A DNA stretch of 62,963 nucleotides, filler included, from Octopus bimaculoides (Eukaryota): the NCBI RefSeq assembly GCF_001194135.2. It is 3 parts of 3 records of this genome, joined end to end, with 100 filler letters (N's around TTAATTAATTAA, not from the genome) between each part and the next. Parts side by side here need not be neighbours in the genome. Positions count along the whole stretch, not along the records: positions 27,597 to 59,189 come from NC_069006.1; positions 59,290 to 62,963 come from NW_026325035.1; 1 more part is not named here. One strand, given 5' to 3'. The notes beneath the pieces are model-generated. The model did no database searches and was not told the DNA's origin. It worked only from the letters and a program-made list of their open reading frames with translations. Of the stretch, positions 53,498 to 62,963 are shown one piece after another (positions within the stretch are counted from its first letter, which is position 1; each line of letters opens with the position of its first letter). The position numbers and the translations under genes were made by a program.

Positions 53498-54119
53498 ACA
53501 CACACACACTTTCCTTTTTTTCACTTTTGAGAATGTCTTAGAAAATAATTTATATGCTTTTTGGTTTGTAAGAAATCTAACAAGAGTAAGAGATATTAAG
53601 GAATCCTAGATGCAAGACATGCTATTCTGATGCCAGACTGGGGTGGGGGTGGGGGAAGCAGTGCTGATTGCTTTTGTTTACTTCAGTTATTTTGTTTCTA
53701 ACGAACACTTAATTCTTGTAGTCTTTATTTTTCGTTATTTTGGGGGTAGATTACCCTTTTTTCTTTCTTCTTTAATTGTTCTACAAGCTGAAATATTTGG
53801 CCTTAAGATGAATTAACTCCACTCAATCAAGAAAACCATGTCTTTTTTTCTTTTTGTTTTGTTTTGTTTTAACTTTCCTTCTTATCTTTTTAGTTTTGTC
53901 TTATTTCCTGAATTTTTTTTCTTTGTCTTTTTAATTTTGTGTCTGAGATTTGCCTGAAAGTAATGGCCCCCACCTGGTAAAGCTTTCGTTTTTCCCCTGA
54001 AAACACACAACAGTCTAGAGTAACCCAGCAAGGAAAGTTACATTCTAAGTCAGGGGAATGAAAGAAAATGAGAACAGCAGGGAATCCTCAATTAAATTAC
54101 AACAACAATAATCTAGACA

Positions 54120-54560
54120 CAAGGCTGGCAATTTTGGGTGGGATAGGGTGAGGTTAGTTGATACCATAATGCCCAGTACTTGATTGGTACTTTATTTTAT
54201 CAACCCCTAAAGAATAAAAGATGAAGGTAACTTCAACAAGATTTGAGCTCAGGGTGCAAAGAACCAGAAGAAATACTCAGACCATTTTTGACCAATGCTA
54301 CAATTCTACCAATCCATCACCATTAGCAATTGAGCAAGCCAATACCATATCCCTAAGGGTTAACTGGCATAGTTGACCTCAGCAGTATTTGAACTCAAGC
54401 CATAAAGGGCCAGATGAAATACTGCAAGGTATTTTGTTTAATGCTCTGACAGTATTGCCAGCTCATTGTTTTCAGTAATAACAAGAGTGGTTTCAAATCT
54501 TAGCACAAGGCTAGCAAGTTCGGAGGGGGGGGGGGCATTAGTCTATTTCATCAATCCCAG
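54120..54560 (-). mobile_element. Stack of decayed SINE family B copies
   Basis: CTGGTACTTATTTTATCAACCCC...GATTTGAGCTCAG, plus further partial copies. Confidence 0.7.
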
Positions 54561-56652
54561 TGCTCAAAGGAGCATAGTTAGCTTATAGGCAGAAAGTGCT
54601 GCCCCTTTTTAGCACTGCCATCTGGTCCTAAGGTACCTTTAGTTTAGGTTGCAGGGTTAACATGCTGTTTGGTCTAACATTGCTACCTTGCTTGCAAGAT
54701 TCAGAACAGCTTCTTGGTTTGCTGCATGTTCACATTTTCTTGCAGATGTGAAATTTTCATGGTATGATCATCAGCCAGAGCTGGGGTACATAGGTTCCTA
54801 CTAAGACAATGTTGAAATAAGGGCAGACACCCTCGCTTTTGATACAGTACACAGAAATAGATGTAAACATTAAAAAAAAAATAATAATTTCTACTTCAGG
54901 GAAGGAATCCTTTTCAGTGAATATCTTGTTTTGGTATATGTTTCCTTTTGAAAAAATATAGAGCAAAACAATTTGTTACTAGGCAGGATACACCTTAGAA
55001 AACTGGTGTATCAATGATTTTTTTTCTTTCTGGAATTTGAAAGTTAATATAAAATTATTATTAAATTAGTGGCAGGCAACTCTTGGATTTTTGAAAGCCT
55101 CCTGCAACTTTCATGTAGTACTGTCTTTTCTAAACACTATTCTGGAGCCAAATAGGTTTTTAGTAAAATTTGGGACAGTTTGATTGAGATTCTGGTGCAC
55201 TGAAAAAAAAAAGTTCCTCATTTTGATTTTGAGTTGTCTCCCATGCTGTTGTTTGTTTTATTTAGTTCTTGTTTGACAGTGTTTACCTCTTCCCCAAACA
55301 AGTACAGAACCTTTATTAAATAAGGCTATCATGCTGGTTATATTAAGTGTGTTAGCACTTTACTTCATTTTGTAGATATTGGGTTATCATAACATTTCTT
55401 GGTGTGTCAAGTCTGGTCAGACTTTGCTTTTGGGGAGAGGTACTGGTTATAAGTGAGTGTGTGTAATTTTCAGATTTCTCACGGAACTAAGTTTGTGACC
55501 TAATTTGCCTTCTAAAAAGATGCTCTTGCATTACTAATAGTGTTTTGGATAAGTCTGAACATCACAGCATCTGTCAACAATATAAAAAATTAAGAATGCT
55601 TTTATGCACCACAAGTCGATATGAGAGGTCTGCTCAAGGTAAATAACAATAGTCTGTCTTCAAACGCAGTATCCACATGAAGTTAGATATAAAGATTGCT
55701 TTTTTGCTATTAATACTGCTCAATCACTATTAATTATGATTTCTATATTTCATTTGATTCAATCTCTCATATTACATTCAGTTCAGTTTTATATTCCAAC
55801 AATGTTTTTAATCCCAACAAGTAAAGGTTATGTACGTAATTAGGGTTATTTCATTTTAAATCATTTGTTAAGTTGTTTAAGATATTCTGTGTTTTAATTT
55901 TAATTTTGAAGTATTTTAGATTTTTGAACTGGTAAATGGAGATGTTTCTGAGTTTCTTCTGTTGTAATTTTATAGCTCATTTTCTTATCTTTGTTTTGTA
56001 TCCTTTTGATAAAACCATTTTTCTTCTTTTTTTTTTTTTAATAATTTATATGTTTTGTATTCTGTTTAATTCTTTGTAACCTTTTCCATCCATGAAAAGG
56101 CCACAACATGGCTTATATAACCTTTAATATCTACAGTGCTTACTAAGAAGTTGCCTGATGATTTATGCTGACCATGTATATCATTATTTTGATTCAATGT
56201 ATGTATATATATATATATGATTATAGGTGGTGTGGCTGTCTAGTAAGAAATTTGCTTCCTAACCACACGGTTTAAGGTTCAGTTTCACTATACAGCACCT
56301 TTGGCACGTGTCTTTTGCTATAGTCTCAAGCTGACCACCAGTACTTAGTGTGTGAATTTGGTAGATGTAAACAAAGTCAGGAAGCCGGTCATATAAAAGG
56401 TACCCAGAAAATTCTGTAAAGTAGTTGGTGTTAGGAAGGGCATTCAACATTAGAAACCATGCTGAAACAGACAGCTGGAGTCTGAACAGCTCTGCAGCTA
56501 GCCAGCTCCTGTCAAACCATCCAACTCATGTCAACGTAGAAAGTGAATGTTAAACGATATATGTATAAGTACCAGGAGTTTGAGCCAGTGATAGATAAAC
56601 TAAGGTGTGTGTACCAACTCTACAGCCCTACTTGATTTAGCAGAGACACAGC

Positions 56653-56849
56653 TTAACCCTTTAGCATACAGATTACTTTGTCAAATATAATACTTATTTA
56701 TTCACATTGTTCTGAGATTTCAATGATGTTACTTTTTATTCTTAGAATGATATTGTAGGGTAGGTGTGAGAGGCTGGATTGGACAGTTTCATTATAAAAT
56801 TGGGAGAATATTTGGATCAGATATGGCTGGTTTCAATGCTAAAGGATAA
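56653..56849. mobile_element. piggyBac-like MITE (TTAA|CCCTTTAGCAT...ATGCTAAAGG)
   Basis: TTAA-flanked CCC..GG termini. Related partial copies at 35909-36080 and 31890-31985. Confidence 0.7.
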
Positions 56850-57793
56850 CAAATCTTGGTAATATTGAAATCTCAAACCACAAGGTACAGATAAACCAAT
56901 GATTGAATCACAATGTGAATCACTTTACCAACTAGAAATAGCAGCTAAATCTCCTCAAATTGCATTTTACTGCTTTTTAATATGTGCACTTAACATAATC
57001 CTAGGTATATTGTTTGAAAAGTGAAATAAAAAAAATAAAATAAAGACAGTTGAAGCTGAAGTACCTTTCAATTTGATCAGAGTGCAGTTTTATATATATT
57101 TAGATAATTAGGTAAGCATTGGTCTATAGATATATAAATATTGATGTATACACGTGTGTGTGTTTTGCCAGCCTGGATTGACACTGATATCTTATCTATT
57201 TATGTACAATGATCAGGGAATATAATCAAAATAATCTGGATATCTCAAGTTGACCCAGCAATTACATGTCAGGGATATGGATATGTAAAAAGACACACAC
57301 ACACACACTCTCTCTCTCTCTTTCTCTCTTTCCTTCAGGACTTTTGCAGTGCCTCTTCTCCTTAATGCTATCCTTGGATACAGTTAAATTACAAGACTAT
57401 AAATATTACCATATCATGTTTTCTCTGGAATCATTTTGGATTATTGTTGTTTTGAATTAAGAAAGATGCTTCTTATTTGGGTCAAAGGCACTCCTGCAAG
57501 AAAATAAATAAGGTTTCAGGAGCATTAACCATAATTTTGTTTCAGTTATCATATTGATTTTATTTGTTTATTTTACATTTTTTTTTTTTTGAGTGAAACA
57601 AAAAAGGTCCTGTTCTGTGGTTCTTCAGTATTGGTTATGTTCTCTCTCTCTCTCACTCCCTCCCTCTTTCTCTCTCTTCCCCCGCCCTCCCCTTCTCTCA
57701 TGCTTGAGGAGTTGTAATTTCTACTAATCACACAATCTATCTTTAGATAAGTCCTAACCTCATGGCTTCTTTGTGTGTGAGTGTGTGTGTGTG

Positions 57794-57845
<52 letters not shown>

Positions 57846-58909
57846 CACATATGTGCACACACAAACTAGTAAGATAGGAGTGTATGTGTGTATATATGTG
57901 AATGTGTATATAGATGTATGTGTGTATACACACATTCACACTGTCTCTTATCTTACTCACCAGTTTGTGTGTGCATGTACGTTCAGTTATATTTTGGTCA
58001 TATCCAAATTAACTGTCTCAGCTAGCTCTCTATGCTCATAACCCACCACATCCTACAAAACCTGCTCCTCCATCGCATATATTTTTATTTTATATGCAAA
58101 AATGGTTGTTGCATAGAAATTAGAATTATTGAATTTCTGCATGGACTTCAATTATATTGCATGTTTTCCAGTAAGAAGATATCATTTTTAGACAGAATCT
58201 CACTGCTTTTGCTGTTGTTAGTTTTGTTTAATATTTTCTTAGTGTTTTATCACCTTTGGGGCTTGGAAATTGATAGCAAAGTAGGTTTTTGTGTTGTTGT
58301 TTTCTTTGTTTTGTTTTGTTTTGTTGTTTTTTTTTCTTTTTCTTTTTCTTTTTTACTTTTTCCAGAAATGTATTTTAGATTATCAAATCTTGCTACATAA
58401 GAATAGTTTCCATTGTTGCCTGATGTAAGAAGAGGTGGGTGTGGGGTATTATTTTACTCTGGTTCAGTATTAGTGTCTTTACTTCATGCACAGAATATGA
58501 CACATGGTAACAGAACACACAAAACTTCCTATTAAATAATGAAAAAAATAAAAAAATGAAAACAAAACATCTTTGTCCTCCACTTAGAGAAAAGAAGGCT
58601 TTCTAAGTATCAGGATATGAATTGCGGGTGTCTAGCTTTTGGTGGATCAAACCCGGCCCCTTGCATATCAAAGAGTGTCTCGACCTGAAAAAGAAAATGG
58701 CTCTAGACAATGTCATGTGTTTTAACTCTCTATGCTTTCATATAAAATATGTCTTCTTTGGTGTCTGCTGTTGCTGTATGTAACTCCAAGGCTGCTTTGA
58801 TGAAGCAAGATCTACAGCATATACTTTGAACTTCTGTTAGGTATATGAGTTTCAGTCTAAACATGTTCTACTTTTCCATTGTCCAGCCTGTTACATATTT
58901 ATATATGTG

Positions 58910-59189
58910 ACCATGCTACATGGCAGTGAAACATGGGCTGTAACTGCTGAGGACATACGTAAGCTCGCAAGGAATGAAGCCAGTATGCTCCGTTGGATGT
59001 GTAATGTCAATGTGAATACCCGTCAGAGTGTAAGTATCCTGAGAGAAAAGCTGAACATTAGAAGCATCAGTTGTGGCGTGCAAGAGAGACGATTGCGCTG
59101 GTATGGACATGTGGTGAGAATGGAGGAGGATAGCTGCGTGAAAAAGTGCCACACCCTAACAGTTGAGGGAACCCGTGGAAGAGGTAGGC
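58910..59189 (+). mobile_element. RTE-clade LINE ORF C-terminal fragment, cut by the scaffold spacer
   Basis: MLHGSETWA...EASMLRWMCNV...LREKL...QERRLRWYGHVVRM...EGTRGRGR; open frame up to the N-run. Confidence 0.92.
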
Positions 59190-59289
59190 NNNNNNNNNNN
59201 NNNNNNNNNNNNNNNNNNNNNNNNNNNNNNNNNTTAATTAATTAANNNNNNNNNNNNNNNNNNNNNNNNNNNNNNNNNNNNNNNNNNNN
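59190..59289. other. Artificial scaffold-join spacer (44N-TTAATTAATTAA-44N)
   Basis: Identical to 27497-27596. Confidence 0.95.
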
Positions 59290-59329
<40 letters not shown>

Positions 59330-60396
59330 GATGGATGGACAGATAAATAGATAAATGGATGGATAGGTAGACAGATTTGGAAAGAGAGATGGGTAGATAG
59401 TCGCAGGGATAGTACGATAAATAACTAAGTATATAGGTAAAAAGATAGATAGACAGCTTGGTAAGTTGATGAACAGTGAAGAAACTGTCCTATCAGTTAT
59501 CGTCTGATGAGAAATGATAATGGCGAAGAACGGGAAAGGTTTTTTTTTTACTTGAATTATGCGTTATATATATATATATATATATNNNNNNNNNNNNNNN
59601 NNNNNNNNNNNNNNNNNNNNNNNNNNNNNNNNNNNNNNNNNNNNNNNNNNNNNNNNNNNNNNNNNNNNNNNNNNNNNNNNNNNNNNNNNNNNNNNNNNNN
59701 NNNNNNNNNNNNNNNNNNNNNNNNNNNNNNNNNNNNNNNNNNNNNNNNNNNNNNNNNNNNNNNNNNNNNNNNNNNNNNNNNNNNNNNNNNNNNNNNNNNN
59801 NNNNNNNNNNNNNNNNNNNNNNNNNNNNNNNNNNNNNNNNNNNNNNNNNNNNNNNNNNNNNNNNNNNNNNNNNNNNNNNNNNNNNNNNNNNNNNNNNNNN
59901 NNNNNNNNNNNNNNNNNNNNNNNNNNNNNNNNNNNNNNNNNNNNNNNNNNNNNNNNNNNNNNNNNNNNNNNNNNNNNNNNNNNNNNNNNNNNNNNNNNNN
60001 NNNNNNNNNNNNNNNNNNNNNNNNNNNNNNNNNNNNNNNNNNNNNNNNNNNNNNNNNNNNNNNNNNNNNNNNNNNNNNNNNNNNNNNNNNNNNNNNNNNN
60101 NNNNNNNNNNNNNNNNNNNNNNNNNNNNNNNNNNNNNNNNNNNNNNNNNNNNNNNNNNNNNNNNNNNNNNNNNNNNNNNNNNNNNAATTCAAGAATAGGA
60201 TAAAATCTTTATAAGTATTTATCAAGTAGTTAGCGTGAAAAAACCTCATAAGAGAAAAATCCATCATTTATTCCCTATAAATATATTTATTTATATAAGG
60301 GCATTACTATACATAAATGCCCTTATATAAATATAAATATATATATATATATTTGTTTTGCAAGATTTTTGATATGAAATCGTGTGTTGAAACAGA

Positions 60397-60526
60397 TGTT
60401 GTTGTATTTGGGGATGGTCATATTGCCAGTTTAGCCAATAAAAACACACACACTGTATATTTGTACACAGTGCGTGCGTTTTTATTGGATAAACTAGCAA
60501 TATGACCATCCCCAAATACAACAACA
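60397..60526. mobile_element. Fold-back (hairpin) MITE-like element
   Basis: 60-bp arms 60397-60456 and 60467-60526, 4 mismatches, 10-nt loop. Confidence 0.8.
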
Positions 60527-60984
60527 CATATATATATATATACTAAAAATGAGGAAGGCCGGTTTATGGGATTACCTTAGGTTTCCCGCCCATAAAGGGT
60601 TTAACTTTATGGTGTATCGTCAGTTCCCAAAAGCCTGTTGGCCCACGACCTCTTTAAAATATGGAGGGGCACTATTCCATGATGGTAAGATCAGCAAAAA
60701 GTATTCCATCTGGTGAGAGGTAAATATCATTTAATATACACAGTACGTGTTTTTATGTGCTACTAATAGTTTCTTGTGCTGAGAACATGCCAAATGATGA
60801 ATTACAACGTGTAACATCTCCACACAGTCATCAGGCAGAAACTACATAGCATAACGAACGAAGAATTGAATGAAAGAAGAAACGCGGAAAGACGAGACGG
60901 GAGCATATAGAAAACACGGAAGGTTAAAAAACGGAAAACGGAAAAGTAATCAGAAATAAGTAAAAAGGTACACGCACACGCACG

Positions 60985-61059
<75 letters not shown>

Positions 61060-61099
61060 TCGTTATTCTTATATAAGCATCTTGTTGATAGTGACAACT

Positions 61100-61150
61100 C
61101 GAAACGTTGTGTTAACAACAAACAAGTTGAGGACAAATATCCGTCAAATG
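61100..61150 (+). mobile_element. 5'-truncated second copy of the hammerhead-bearing repeat (CUGAUGA and stem II missing)
   Basis: About 50 nt near-identical to 15079-15129, starting at CGAAACGTTGTGTTAAC. Confidence 0.75.
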
Positions 61151-61411
61151 CAAAGGGGAAGGAACTCGTAAGAAATCTAGGTTATGGTTTGGATTCTTGG
61201 TCAGAAATCTAGGAAGATATACGCTACACATTTATTTCAATTAAAGAGACAGTCATGAAACATTCCTGTAAAAACAGTTGTTAAATACAAACATAACAGG
61301 CGAGATATAGTTTCAGGATATGAAAAATGAAAAGATTATGTAGAATAACGGAGATTAGCTGCCCACGCGCAGATGTAAAAAACTTCCTTCATATTAGTGA
61401 AACGGTGAATA

Positions 61412-61542
61412 TACAGGGTGTCCACAAAGTCTGGGTACATGGGGATTAACACATACTTTAAGAAATTATTATTTCTTGTATTTAATTGCTTATGTTATGA
61501 TTTTATTTACTCCATGTACCCAGACTTTGTGGACACCCTGTA
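61412..61542. mobile_element. Tc1/mariner-type MITE with perfect 29-bp TIRs and TA target duplication
   Basis: TA|CAGGGTGTCCACAAAGTCTGGGTACATGG (61414-61442) ... CCATGTACCCAGACTTTGTGGACACCCTG (61512-61540)|TA. Confidence 0.93.
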
Positions 61543-62493
61543 TATGGACATCCGCTTTGAAATCTATAACTTTACTCAGATTATCAACANNNNNNNNNNN
61601 NNNNNNNNNNNNNNNNNNNNNNNNNNNNNNNNNNNNNNNNNNNNNNNNNNNNNNNNNNNNNNNNNNNNNNNNNNNNNNNNNNNNNNNNNNNNNNNNNNNN
61701 NNNNNNNNNNNNNNNNNNNNNNNNNNNNNNNNNNNNNNNNNNNNNNNNNNNNNNNNNNNNNNNNNNNNNNNNNNNNNNNNNNNNNNNNNNNNNNNNNNNN
61801 NNNNNNNNNNNNNNNNNNNNNNNNNNNNNNNNNNNNNNNNNNNNNNNNNNNNNNNNNNNNNNNNNNNNNNNNNNNNNNNNNNNNNNNNNNNNNNNNNNNN
61901 NNNNNNNNNNNNNNNNNNNNNNNNNNNNNNNNNNNNNNNNNNNNNNNNNNNNNNNNNNNNNNNNNNNNNNNNNNNNNNNNNNNNNNNNNNNNNNNNNNNN
62001 NNNNNNNNNNNNNNNNNNNNNNNNNNNNNNNNNNNNNNNNNNNNNNNNNNNNNNNNNNNNNNNNNNNNNNNNNNNNNNNNNNNNNNNNNNNNNNNNNNNN
62101 NNNNNNNNNNNNNNNNNNNNNNNNNNNNNNNNNNNNNNNNNNNNNNNNNNNNNNNNNNNNNNNNNNNNNNNNNNNNNNNNNNNNNNNNNNNNNNNNNNNN
62201 NNNNNNNNNNNNNNNNNNNNNNNNNNNNNNNNNNNNNNNNNNNNNNNNNNNNNNNNNNNNNNNNNNNNNNNNNNNNNNNNNNNNNNNNNNNNNNNNNNNN
62301 NNNNNNNNNNNNNNNNNNNNNNNNNNNNNNNNNNNNNNNNNNNNNNNNNNNNNNNNNNNNNNNNNNNNNNNNNNNNNAAAAAACCCCAGAGAAAAACATT
62401 TACTCAAGATTACGTGCAGTGGGATTGAACTGGGGACCTTCTGATTACGAAACGAACTTCTCAGGTATTCAGCCATGCTGCGTCTATGCACGC

Positions 62494-62551
<58 letters not shown>

Positions 62552-62929
62552 CTTTCTGCATGCGTACACAAATTCACACACGCACAGAGCACAAACACAC
62601 TGGCACACGTATACATTCACACATGCATACTCATATATTCACACGAATACCCATACATGTATAGACACTCACACACATTCACACATACATGTGAAGTACA
62701 AACACAGGGGTATACATACGTACCTAGAAACACACATCATCATCATCATCAACACATATACAGACACATACACACATTGCAAAACATACTCATACACACA
62801 CACATGCACACAGAAACGCAAGCATAATTATACAATCATATTCACACATACATACAGACACGCTCACACACGTACATACAAACACACACACACACATATA
62901 CAAATACATTTATGCATGTATCTATCTAC

Positions 62930-62963
<34 letters not shown>

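Noticed and set aside
59500-59540. CTGATGAG near a gap
   Set aside because: No stem II or GAAA geometry.
482-62827. Most ORFs in the supplied track (poly-I, YI, CV, HT, X runs)
   Set aside because: Translations of microsatellites and N gaps.
1-62963. tRNA genes, rRNA, CRISPR arrays or a neighbouring homeobox gene (En, Mnx, Hox)
   Set aside because: tRNA-like A/B boxes all belong to SINE heads. I saw no rRNA, no spacer-repeat array and no second homeobox, though gaps could hide one.

Overview
AT-rich, microsatellite-dense animal genomic DNA with many assembly gaps. The repeat landscape resembles Octopus (inference, not verified). The window is three sequence blocks joined by identical artificial 100-bp spacers (44 N + TTAATTAATTAA + 44 N, at 27497-27596 and 59190-59289). 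Block 1 (1-27496) is CpG-retaining and carries a Gbx/unplugged homeobox gene on the minus strand. The homeodomain exon (5499-5015) is unambiguous. I propose that the promoter and first exon lie at about 15930-15612 (CCAAT, TATA, CpG-rich leader, a short uORF, then MTRAKGNTA running into a 435-N gap). The resulting ~10 kb intron contains a decayed R4/Dong-type retrotransposon sitting inside a (CATA)n array and a minimal type-I hammerhead ribozyme motif from a Penelope-like element, antisense to Gbx. Block 2 (27597-59189) is CpG-depleted and has no exon I can confidently call. It consists of SINEs, MITEs, RTE LINE fragments, a perfect 40-bp inverted repeat and unique non-coding blocks. Block 3 (59290-62963) holds two hairpin MITEs and a truncated second copy of the hammerhead-bearing repeat. 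Almost all ORFs in the supplied track are microsatellite or N-gap artefacts.
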